NCBI GenBank assembly: GCA_964411345.1
Contig: CAYPKP010000001.1
Location: 85,906 to 149,905, forward strand
Direction: 5' to 3'
DNA from: an uncultured Rikenella sp.
Lineage (GTDB): Bacteria; Bacteroidota; Bacteroidia; Bacteroidales; VadinHA17
DNA length: 64,000 nucleotides
Under the pieces are notes generated by a model. It did not search any database. It saw nothing but the letters and a program-made list of their open reading frames with translations, and was not told where the DNA came from. Numbering within the stretch: the first letter of the stretch is position 1; every line of letters begins with the position of its first letter. Shown here one piece after another: positions 55,570 through 63,639 of this stretch. The position numbers and the translations under genes are program-made.

Positions 55570-56540
55570 GCAAGTCCGTAACGTTTTTTTGCCGAGTCCA
55601 TTATCAGCTCAATAAGAGTTTCAAAGCCCATGCCGTTCATACGTGAGAGCATGGGAAGGTCGGAGTGTACCGGGTTCAGTCCGGCCAGCGGGTTCGCCTC
55701 TATGAAGCATATCCTGCCGTTACGGTCGGCCTTCATGTCGACGCGGCCGGCATCCACGGCGCCAAGAGCATTCCATGCTCCGAGCGCCACCGCATTGCAC
55801 TCATCGCGCACACTCTCGTCATACACTTCGTACCTGACATAGTCCTCATAATTCTCCTTCACCTCGACGGAATAGGGCAGGTCATCCCTGCATATCACCT
55901 CCATGCCGCCCGTTACCCTCGCTTCGCTGCCTGTGCCGGTGACACCGACGGTGAACTCCCTGCCGGGAAGGTATTCTTCAATAAGTACCGGCTGATGATA
56001 GGTCTCCAGCAATCCGGTTACAGCTGTCACCAGGGAATCAAGGTCGCGCAGCACGCTTTTTGAATTGATGCCCTTGCCTGTCCCCTCTGCCACAGGTTTG
56101 ACAAAGAGGGGATAAGCCAGTGAGGCGGCCCGCTCAAGGTCTTCGACAGAGGCAGCAATGATGCCGGGACATACCGGCACGCCGGCAGCTTCAACCACCA
56201 GGCGTGCCAGGTATTTGTTGAGTGAGACGCCCATTACCACCGGGCCGCTGAAGACATAGGGTATCCGGTACTGGTCGAGCAGTGCCGGAACGGCCGACTC
56301 ACGTCCGTCGCCGTGGAGTCCTTCGGCAATATTGAATACCATATCCCATCTGTGTCCGGCGGCCAGCCGTGGCACAAGCTCAAAGAGATTTCCGATGCGT
56401 TCCGTTTCGTAGCCGAGGGTGCGCAGGGTTGCCTCGAGGGCAGCCACCGTCTCCTCCTTGTCAAACTCGGCAGTCTCATCCATGGTATAGCCCCGTTCAA
56501 GGTACCAGGAACGGAGATCATAGGTAAGGCCTATCCTCAT
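55566..56540 (-). CDS. ATP-grasp ligase, D-Ala-D-Ala ligase-like (copy 1)
   Basis: 324 aa, starting MRIGLTYDLR. The core has YPLFVKPVAEGTGKGI, LIEEYLPGREFTVGV and GRVDMKADRNGRICFIEANPLAG. It is clearly divergent from copy 2. Confidence 0.85.
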   Translation of the reverse strand: MRIGLTYDLRSWYLERGYTMDETAEFDKEETVAALEATLRTLGYETERIGNLFELVPRLAAGHRWDMVFNIAEGLHGDGRESAVPALLDQYRIPYVFSGPVVMGVSLNKYLARLVVEAAGVPVCPGIIAASVEDLERAASLAYPLFVKPVAEGTGKGINSKSVLRDLDSLVTAVTGLLETYHQPVLIEEYLPGREFTVGVTGTGSEARVTGGMEVICRDDLPYSVEVKENYEDYVRYEVYDESVRDECNAVALGAWNALGAVDAGRVDMKADRNGRICFIEANPLAGLNPVHSDLPMLSRMNGMGFETLIELIMDSAKKRYGLA

Positions 56541-56547
56541 CAGTCAG

Positions 56548-57792
56548 TTACTTTTTATTGGGATAGGTATACCTGTTGTTTTTGTAGTTCCTGAGCACCC
56601 ACTTTTCGGGACCGCTCTCTACGACGTAAGATGGCAGGATGGGTATCTTGCCTCCTCCGCCGGGAGCATCAATGACAAACTGAGGCACTGCATAACCGCT
56701 GGTGTGACCCCGCATGTTCTCTATAATGTTTATCCCTGATTCCACTGTGGTACGGAAGTGGCTTGAACCGGGAATGAGGTCGCACTGGTAGATATAGTAG
56801 GGTCTCACGCGCACTGTCAGCAGCTTGTGCATCAGATCCTTCATCGTTGCGGGATCGTCGTTTATCCCCTTCAGCAGCACCGTCTGACTCCCCAGGGGTA
56901 TGCCTGCATCGGCAAGCATCTCACAAGCCCTGCGCGTCTCTTTCGTCATCTCGTCGGGATGGGTGAAGTGCAGACTGAGAAAGAGCGGGTGATATCTCCG
57001 GAGCATTGACACCAGCTGAGGGGTTATCCTCTGCGGGAGCACGGCAGGTATTTTGGTTCCTATCCTCAGTATCTCAATATGTCTTATGGATCTAAGCCGT
57101 GAGAGCAGGTAATCCAGCCTGTTGTTGTTCATCGTCAGGGGATCGCCTCCGCTGATAATGACATCACGTATTTCGGTATGCTCCTCAAGATACCTGAAGG
57201 CGATCTCCCATTCGTCCTTTGTCAGGTGTCCCAGCTTACCGACCGAATGCGACCGTGTGCAGTACCTGCAGTATGATGAGCAGAACTGCGTTACGGTGAA
57301 AAGCGCCCTGTCGGGATACCTGTGGATTATACCCGGTACGGGGCTGCTGCCTGTCTCGTCGAGCGGGTCTGCCTTCTCGGCCTCGGTGATAATCATCTCT
57401 CCCGAGGTTGGTATCATGGTGCGTCGAATCGGTGCGTCAGGTTCGGCATCATAGATGAGAGACATATAGTAGGGGGTGACGCGCAACGGCAACCTGTTCT
57501 TCAGCCTGTGAAGAGTACTCTTCTCGTCGTCGGTGAGCGTCATGACGCGCGACAGGGCTTCGGCCGTGGTGAAGGAATTGCGAAGCTGCCAGCGCCAGTC
57601 ATTCCAGGAATTAACATTTGTTAGTGGGAAGTAGCGGCGTATGAATTCCGAACTCCGGTTGCTAACTGCCTGATCGTGGGATCCGATCTGCGGGAAGATC
57701 ATGGTACCCGCGCCAGGTTCTTCGTCAGAAGAACAGCCCATGAGGCGGTGCTCATAACGAGTCACCGTAGCCTCTTTTCTGTTAGCGTTCAT
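56548..57792 (-). CDS. kamA: KamA-family radical SAM aminomutase, predicted lysine 2,3-aminomutase
   Basis: The motifs are WNDWRWQLRN, the cluster motif CSSYCRYCTR, YYIYQCDL, and FVIDAPGGGGK with the PLP lysine. An alternative start, Met31 at 57702, is possible. Confidence 0.9.
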   Translation of the reverse strand: MNANRKEATVTRYEHRLMGCSSDEEPGAGTMIFPQIGSHDQAVSNRSSEFIRRYFPLTNVNSWNDWRWQLRNSFTTAEALSRVMTLTDDEKSTLHRLKNRLPLRVTPYYMSLIYDAEPDAPIRRTMIPTSGEMIITEAEKADPLDETGSSPVPGIIHRYPDRALFTVTQFCSSYCRYCTRSHSVGKLGHLTKDEWEIAFRYLEEHTEIRDVIISGGDPLTMNNNRLDYLLSRLRSIRHIEILRIGTKIPAVLPQRITPQLVSMLRRYHPLFLSLHFTHPDEMTKETRRACEMLADAGIPLGSQTVLLKGINDDPATMKDLMHKLLTVRVRPYYIYQCDLIPGSSHFRTTVESGINIIENMRGHTSGYAVPQFVIDAPGGGGKIPILPSYVVESGPEKWVLRNYKNNRYTYPNKK

Positions 57793-58038
57793 ACTTCGGT
57801 AAAATAATTTACCTTCTTTGTCTGGTTGTTGTTTCTAATTGTTTTTAGTGAATATTTTATTTCAAAAATTTCCGCTAAGATATCAAATGGAACAGGTGCG
57901 AAAATTATGGCCGGGGAAAGATATCAACAGGGATTGTCCGCCTGTTGCTGCCTGACAGTCAGATTAATAACTATTATGGCGGGAAGTTATTCACTGTTCC
58001 TTTTTGGTCCTTTGAAGTGATGGCCTTCAATTGAGGCG

Positions 58039-58046
58039 CAAACATA
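58039..58046 (-). promoter_or_regulatory. -7 promoter box (TATGTTTG on the minus strand), the only consensus box upstream of kamA
   Basis: Plus-strand CAAACATA is the minus-strand TAnnTTTG. It lies about 246 nt upstream of the kamA ATG, directly after the GH130 stop codon. Confidence 0.35.
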
Positions 58047-58048
58047 TA

Positions 58049-59248
58049 TTAAATTTCAATATCCGGATACTTCTGAGCAATTATTTTCAGATTATTTTTC
58101 ACCATCTCATCACGTTGGGCAGCACACAGCTGGGTGCGTCCCGCGTCTTCCGGTGTATTCATCACATAATCAGTCAGTTTGTCCATTGTTGTTGTTGCCA
58201 CATGCATCCTGGTGTCTGAGCTTGCATAGTAGACAAATACCGTGCCGTCTTCATCTGCTATCCAGCCGTTGCTGAAGACTACATTGGATACGTCGCCTAC
58301 CCTCTCTTCATCAAGCGGTTCCAGGAAATGACCTGAGGGTCTTCTGATCACTTTCCAGGGCTCCTCCGGTGATGTGAGGAAGAGATAGAGGGTATAGCGC
58401 AAACCGGCTGCCGTCCTTCTCACTCCATGTGCAAGGTGAATCCACCCGTGCTCACATTTCAGCGGCGCAGGACCCTGACCGTTCTTAACCTCCCTGACAG
58501 TATGGTATTGCCTGGCATCCACAAGCACCTCCTCTCCCAGGACGGCATGCTCCATGCTGTCGCAGAAGCCTGCCGAAATACCGCTGTCGCCTGTCTCAAT
58601 GAATCCCGACTGCGGCCGGGTATAGATCATATATCTCCCTTTGACGAATTCCGGGTGCAGCACGCAGTTTCTCTGCTGCGCTGCTGACGACCTCAGATCA
58701 TCAAGCCTCTCCCAGTTATCGAGGTCCCTGGTCCTGGCTATGCCGCAGCTTGCAAGAGCGGCTGATGAATCATCCGGCTTGCTCTTATCCTTCCGCTCTG
58801 CACAGAAGAGGCCGTAGATCCATCCGTCTTCATGTCTGGTGAGACGTATATCATAGACATTCATCTCGGGATCATCCGTGACGGGCATCACTATGGGGTG
58901 ACTGCGGAAACGCCAGTTGTCGATGCCGTTGGGGCTCTCCGCTATGGCGAAGAACGACTTCACGTCGAACCCTTCGGTTCTGACAGCCAGGCAGTACTTG
59001 CCGTCATGTTTTATCGCCCCTGCGTTGAAGGTGGTGTTGATGCCCAGCCGTGTCATGAGGTGCGGGTTGGTCATGTAGTTGAGGTCATACCTCCAGAATA
59101 CCGGTGTATGATCGCGGGTTATGATAGGGTACAGATAACGGTCATAGATTCCGTTGCCGTCTGTTCTCCTTTTGTTCCGCCGGCTGACAAGAGCAGAGTG
59201 CTCTTCAAAGAGTTGCCTGACCCTGCTGTCAAAATCCTTTTCTGTCAT
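58049..59248 (-). CDS. GH130 family beta-mannoside phosphorylase (mannosylglucose phosphorylase-like)
   Basis: ATG 59248 (MTEKDFDSRVRQLFEEHSALVSRRN) gives about 399 aa, the GH130_1 size. It has the five-bladed propeller motifs (FNAGAIKHDGKY, RDLDNWERL, VFVYYASSDTRMHVA). The start is supported by a -7 box 23 nt upstream. The track start at 59365 is rejected. Confidence 0.85.
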   Translation of the reverse strand: MTEKDFDSRVRQLFEEHSALVSRRNKRRTDGNGIYDRYLYPIITRDHTPVFWRYDLNYMTNPHLMTRLGINTTFNAGAIKHDGKYCLAVRTEGFDVKSFFAIAESPNGIDNWRFRSHPIVMPVTDDPEMNVYDIRLTRHEDGWIYGLFCAERKDKSKPDDSSAALASCGIARTRDLDNWERLDDLRSSAAQQRNCVLHPEFVKGRYMIYTRPQSGFIETGDSGISAGFCDSMEHAVLGEEVLVDARQYHTVREVKNGQGPAPLKCEHGWIHLAHGVRRTAAGLRYTLYLFLTSPEEPWKVIRRPSGHFLEPLDEERVGDVSNVVFSNGWIADEDGTVFVYYASSDTRMHVATTTMDKLTDYVMNTPEDAGRTQLCAAQRDEMVKNNLKIIAQKYPDIEI

Positions 59249-59271
59249 TGTCTCCAGGTATATATCCGGAA

Positions 59272-59279
59272 CAAATATA
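59272..59279 (-). promoter_or_regulatory. -7 promoter box (TATATTTG on the minus strand) for the GH130 gene
   Basis: Plus-strand CAAATATA, 23 nt upstream of ATG 59248. Confidence 0.55.
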
Positions 59280-59469
59280 ACGGATAACGCAAAGTCTGCC
59301 CGGGGATTGTATTCCATATTCCGGCATTTGTTGAAACTTTTATATATTGCTCTCAGTAATCTCATAAACGTAGAAGCGAAATTTGCATGTCAAACAGCTC
59401 ATTGCGTTGACAGTTAATAAATTGAATATAGCTTTCATTGCACTTCTGTAACAACTGAAATTCAAGCCG

Positions 59470-60615
59470 ATGAAAAAAATGATCCTCCTTTTTGTTTCCG
59501 GGTTTATGCTCTTCATGATGTCATGCGGCAGCAACACTGCCATCACTGAGCATATGGTGGTCGGGTATGTTGCCGGTTTCAGGAATTATGACTTCAGTAG
59601 AATTGACGCCACAAAGCTCACACACATCAATTACGCGTTTGCCAACATAATTGACGGGAGGGTGGCATTCGGCAGTGACATGATTGACAATACCGACAGA
59701 GACATTGAAGACATCAAAACCCTGCTGTCACTCAAGGAGGTCAATCCAGACCTGAAGATACTTGTCTCCGTTGGCGGATGGGGCTGGTCGGGTAACTTCT
59801 CCGATGCAGCACTTACTGACTCGTCACGCAATTGCTTTGCTGCCAGTGCGGCTCAGTTTATCCTTGACCACGGGCTTGACGGCATCGATCTCGACTGGGA
59901 ATACCCTAACCAACCTGGTGCCGGCAACATCTACAGGCCTGAGGATGTGCATAACTTCACGCTGCTGCTTGAAAGCGTCCGCAGGCATATTGACTCCCTG
60001 GCTCTGTCACTTGGCCGGACGGAACCGTTCCTGCTCACCATTGCTACAGGCGGCGACTCGGTATATGTTGCAAATACGGAGCTTGGCAAACTTGCAAAAT
60101 ATCTTGATTTCATCAACATCATGAGCTATGACTACCATAACGGGCTCACATCGCAGACCGGTCATCACAGCAACCTCCGGCTCTCAGCCTCGGATTATCC
60201 TTACGGCGATGCCACAGTGCGCAGCGTCAGGATGCATATTGACGCAGGGGTGAGTCCGGCAATGCTGAACATCGGTGTTCCTTTCTACGGCAGGCGCTGG
60301 AAGGGCGTTGAGCCGGCAAACAGCGGCCTGTACCGCGAGGCGGCAACCACCGGTGAGAGTATCCCTTTCAGTGATGTGCTGGCTGCACTGGCTGACACCG
60401 GTTTTGTGCGGTTATGGGACACGGCTGCCGTGGCACCGTTTTTATGGAACGAGCGTGATTCCGTCTTCATCTCATACGACGATGTGGAATCGTTAAAGGC
60501 AAAGATGAATTACGTGAGGTCCATGGGACTGGGCGGAGTCATGTTCTGGGAATATACCGAAGATATTGACGGCATGCTCCTGGATGCCCTTCTTGAGGGG
60601 TTGAAGGCTAAGTGA
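59470..60615 (+). CDS. GH18 family glycoside hydrolase lipoprotein (chitinase / endo-beta-N-acetylglucosaminidase type)
   Basis: Lipoprotein signal (FMLFMMSCGSN). The catalytic DxxDxDxE motif is DGIDLDWEYP. SVGGWGWS and MSYDYH motifs are also present. Confidence 0.9.
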   Translation: MKKMILLFVSGFMLFMMSCGSNTAITEHMVVGYVAGFRNYDFSRIDATKLTHINYAFANIIDGRVAFGSDMIDNTDRDIEDIKTLLSLKEVNPDLKILVSVGGWGWSGNFSDAALTDSSRNCFAASAAQFILDHGLDGIDLDWEYPNQPGAGNIYRPEDVHNFTLLLESVRRHIDSLALSLGRTEPFLLTIATGGDSVYVANTELGKLAKYLDFINIMSYDYHNGLTSQTGHHSNLRLSASDYPYGDATVRSVRMHIDAGVSPAMLNIGVPFYGRRWKGVEPANSGLYREAATTGESIPFSDVLAALADTGFVRLWDTAAVAPFLWNERDSVFISYDDVESLKAKMNYVRSMGLGGVMFWEYTEDIDGMLLDALLEGLKAK

Positions 60616-60630
60616 TTTTGTGCAAGAGTT

Positions 60631-61536
60631 CTAAATAAAGAACATTGCCACACCGGCTACACTGATCACTGCACCCAGGATCTCGGCAGGTGTCAGCTTC
60701 TCCTTGTATAACCAGACTGCCGGCGCTATTATCAGGATAGGCACTATTGCCATGATGGTAGAGGCAATGCCTGTCTCGGTATGCCTCACGGAGAGCAGGG
60801 AGAAGGAGATCCCCAGAAAGGGACCGAAGAAAGCGCCAAGTGCAAGGGCCTTCATTGCCGGCACATCGCGCAGGGACCCCAGTGTCTGTCTCCACCTTCC
60901 CGTTACTGTAATTATGAATGCGAAGCCAGCTATTCCGGCAACAATTCTGATGTGGGTGGATGCAAACGGATCATATGAGCCCATTCCGTATTTGCTCAGC
61001 ACTATTCCAAGGCCCTGTCCCAGGGCACCGATAAACGCAAAGAGGAGGCCTTTGGGAGAGAGCTTGAAGGAGAGCCTCTCACCTTTTACAGGTCTGTTGA
61101 AAATAGCCAGTGCTATGCCGGTGAGAACGATTATCATCCCGGCAAACTGCATGAGCGTGAGCCTCTCATCCAGCATCAGGTAACCAAAGAAGGCAGCCAT
61201 GGGTGGTGCCAGGGTCATGATGAGCATGGCAAACCTGGAGCCGATAAGGGCATAGCTTCTGAAGAGGAAGTAATCGCCCAGAACAAGTCCTACCAGCCCT
61301 GAAAGCGCCAGCCATATCCAGTTGTGAGTTGTGGCGTCCGCCGGAAAGAAATGCCCCCTGGTGAACAGGGTGAGAATGCCAATAAAGAAGAAAGCCAGCG
61401 AGAGCCTGAAGATGTTCACAGTGAGCGAGCCCACCTTTTTGCTTGCCGACTCGAAGGCCAGGGCGGTGATGGTCCAGAACAGCGCCACCGCAAGAGCGGC
61501 AAATTCTCCGGTATGAGCAACAATATAATCAGCCAC
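60631..61536 (-). CDS. DMT superfamily (EamA-type) transporter
   Basis: Ten TM helices in two EamA repeats. I prefer GTG 61536 because a -7 box lies 21 nt upstream at 61558-61565. The track TTG at 61560 lies inside that box. Confidence 0.85.
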   Translation of the reverse strand: MADYIVAHTGEFAALAVALFWTITALAFESASKKVGSLTVNIFRLSLAFFFIGILTLFTRGHFFPADATTHNWIWLALSGLVGLVLGDYFLFRSYALIGSRFAMLIMTLAPPMAAFFGYLMLDERLTLMQFAGMIIVLTGIALAIFNRPVKGERLSFKLSPKGLLFAFIGALGQGLGIVLSKYGMGSYDPFASTHIRIVAGIAGFAFIITVTGRWRQTLGSLRDVPAMKALALGAFFGPFLGISFSLLSVRHTETGIASTIMAIVPILIIAPAVWLYKEKLTPAEILGAVISVAGVAMFFI

Positions 61537-61648
61537 GTTAAGAAATATTTCAGGGCACAAAAATATGCAAAGCAGGCAACACTGTTGTGTCGGGTTAATA
61601 TCTTTTGCCTAATCCGTCAAAAAATTTCGCCGGCACGGGCAGAATTCA

Positions 61649-61656
61649 TAAATTTG
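61649..61656 (+). promoter_or_regulatory. -7 promoter box TAAATTTG upstream of the small membrane protein gene
   Basis: Exact TAnnTTTG match, 23 nt before ATG 61680. Confidence 0.55.
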
Positions 61657-61679
61657 AATGAACCATAAAAACTGAAACC

Positions 61680-61991
61680 ATGAATGCGAAGACAAAGGCG
61701 ATCGTCTCACACCTCTTTGTAATAGGCTGGATCATAGCACTTGTTGTCAATATGAACAAAAAGGAGGAGTATGCCAGCTATTATATACGGCAGAATCTGG
61801 GATTCATAATAATAAGTATAGCGCTGTCGGTACTCAATGTCATCCCGGTGCTGGGTCAGGTTATATGGTTTATAGGAGGCATCCTGCTGTTCATATTCTG
61901 GCTCATGAGTCTGATATGGTCGGCACAGGATGTCATGAAGCCCGTTCCCTGGCTGGGAGAGCAGTTTCAAAGCTGGTTCAGGGGATTTTGA
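61680..61991 (+). CDS. small integral membrane protein (3 TM, DUF4870-like)
   Basis: 103 aa with three hydrophobic helices. It has its own promoter box, and the sulfatase gene starts 4 nt after its stop. Confidence 0.65.
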   Translation: MNAKTKAIVSHLFVIGWIIALVVNMNKKEEYASYYIRQNLGFIIISIALSVLNVIPVLGQVIWFIGGILLFIFWLMSLIWSAQDVMKPVPWLGEQFQSWFRGF

Positions 61992-61995
61992 TTTC

Positions 61996-63525
61996 ATGAA
62001 GACCTGTCTCCTTGTCGGGCTTCTTGTTGCCTCTTTCGCACTGGCCAACACAGGGTGCAGTGGCGGTGAGCCTGCAAAGCCCAACATAATTATCATCCTT
62101 GCCGACGACCTGGGATACGGAGATACGGGGCCCTACGGGCAGGAGAAGATTGAGACTCCCAATATAGACCGTCTGGCTGAGGGTGGCATGCGGTTCACCC
62201 GTCACTATGCCGGTTCAGCCGTCTGTGCCCCTTCGCGATGCGTTCTGCTGACAGGCATGCATACGGGGCATGCCCAGGTCAGGGGCAACGATGAATGGGC
62301 CGAAAGGGGAGAAGTGTGGAGCTACCGCGCCATGATAGCAGATTCGACACTCGAAGGGCAAAAGCCGCTGGCCGAGGGTACACAAACCATAGCTTCACTG
62401 TTGCAGAAGAAAGGTTATGTCACCGGCGCCGTTGGCAAGTGGGGCCTGGGTGCTCCCCATACGGAAGGCAGACCCGGCAGCCAGGGATTTGATTTCTTCT
62501 ACGGGTACAACTGCCAGCGCATGGCTCATACCTACTACCCTGTACATCTGTGGCGCAACAGCTCCCGCGTGTGGCTCGGGAACGATACGGTGGCTCCCCA
62601 CACCGGGTTTGGTCCCGGGGAGGACCCCTATGACCCGTCAAGCTATGAAAGGTTCAACATGAGAGACTATTCTCCTGAACTGATGTTCAGAGAGATGATC
62701 TCATTCATTGACTCCTGCGGCCCGAATCCGTTTTTCCTATACTGGGCAACGCCCATACCGCACCTCGCCCTTCAGGCTCCTGATGAGTGGGTCCGCCGCT
62801 ATGTTGACAAGTTCGGAGAGGAGGAACCCTATACCGGCGAAGAGGGTTACTTTCCGGTGCGATACCCGCATGCAACCTATGCTGCCATGATCTCATACCT
62901 TGATGACCAGATCGGAAGGCTTGTATCGCACCTTAAGGAGCTTGGCATCTATGACAATACCCTCATCCTCTTCACCAGCGACAACGGTCCGGCATGGAAT
63001 GCCGGCACCGATCCCGAATGGTTTGGCAGTGCAGCTCCCTTCAGGGGCAGTTACGGCTACGGCAAGGGCTTTCTCCATGAGGGAGGGATACGCGTTCCGA
63101 TGATAGCTTTCTGGCCCGGTGTGATCAGGGCAGGAGGGGTCTCTGATCATCTGTCGGCCTTCCAGGATATCCTGCCGACACTCTGTGACATCACCGGCAC
63201 GGAGCTTCCGCAAGGCACGGACGGCCTCAGCTTCCTGCCTGAACTGAAGGGCGGAAAGCAGCAGCAGCATGAGTACCTGTACTGGGAATTCCCTGAATAC
63301 GGCGGGCAGCAGGCTGTGATGATCGGCAACATGAAGGCACTGCGCAGGGATATGCACAAGGGAAATGAGAGGTTCGAACTCTTCGATCTCGCAGCTGATC
63401 CGCAGGAGATGCATGACCTTGCTGCGGAGAACCCTGAGCTTATCAAGAGGGTCAGCGCAATTGTGGAGAAGGAGCACAGGAGCTCGCAAAATCCACGGTG
63501 GAGGTTCGGCCTGATGGATAACTGA
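61996..63525 (+). CDS. arylsulfatase-family sulfatase (formylglycine type) lipoprotein
   Basis: Lipobox (ALANTGCSG). The sulfatase signature is CAPSRCVLLTG (CxPxR) after IIILADDLGYGD. FTSDNGP and GGIRVP motifs are also present. Confidence 0.92.
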   Translation: MKTCLLVGLLVASFALANTGCSGGEPAKPNIIIILADDLGYGDTGPYGQEKIETPNIDRLAEGGMRFTRHYAGSAVCAPSRCVLLTGMHTGHAQVRGNDEWAERGEVWSYRAMIADSTLEGQKPLAEGTQTIASLLQKKGYVTGAVGKWGLGAPHTEGRPGSQGFDFFYGYNCQRMAHTYYPVHLWRNSSRVWLGNDTVAPHTGFGPGEDPYDPSSYERFNMRDYSPELMFREMISFIDSCGPNPFFLYWATPIPHLALQAPDEWVRRYVDKFGEEEPYTGEEGYFPVRYPHATYAAMISYLDDQIGRLVSHLKELGIYDNTLILFTSDNGPAWNAGTDPEWFGSAAPFRGSYGYGKGFLHEGGIRVPMIAFWPGVIRAGGVSDHLSAFQDILPTLCDITGTELPQGTDGLSFLPELKGGKQQQHEYLYWEFPEYGGQQAVMIGNMKALRRDMHKGNERFELFDLAADPQEMHDLAAENPELIKRVSAIVEKEHRSSQNPRWRFGLMDN

Positions 63526-63639
63526 GAAGGAGAAAGCAGCGTCCCTCATCCGGTTTCTTTATTCGACCCGACATGAAATATCACGTCGCCGGTCAGCGTT
63601 ATCAGAATGCATCTGTGAGTGCAGACCGGCGGTCTTGCC

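Noticed and set aside
57826-58020. 64-aa plus-strand ORF inside the kamA leader region
   Set aside because: It lies on the opposite strand to the surrounding transcription unit, has no promoter box or conserved motif, and probably arises by chance in AT-rich DNA.
57793-58048. Possible lysine (L-box) riboswitch upstream of kamA
   Set aside because: Apart from a CTGTCA-like segment, I could not find the conserved L-box core segments on the minus strand. I keep it only as an unexplained long leader (see findings).
62893-63549. 218-aa minus-strand ORF antisense to the sulfatase gene
   Set aside because: It is a shadow ORF opposite a gene with unambiguous sulfatase signatures, and it has no recognisable domain.
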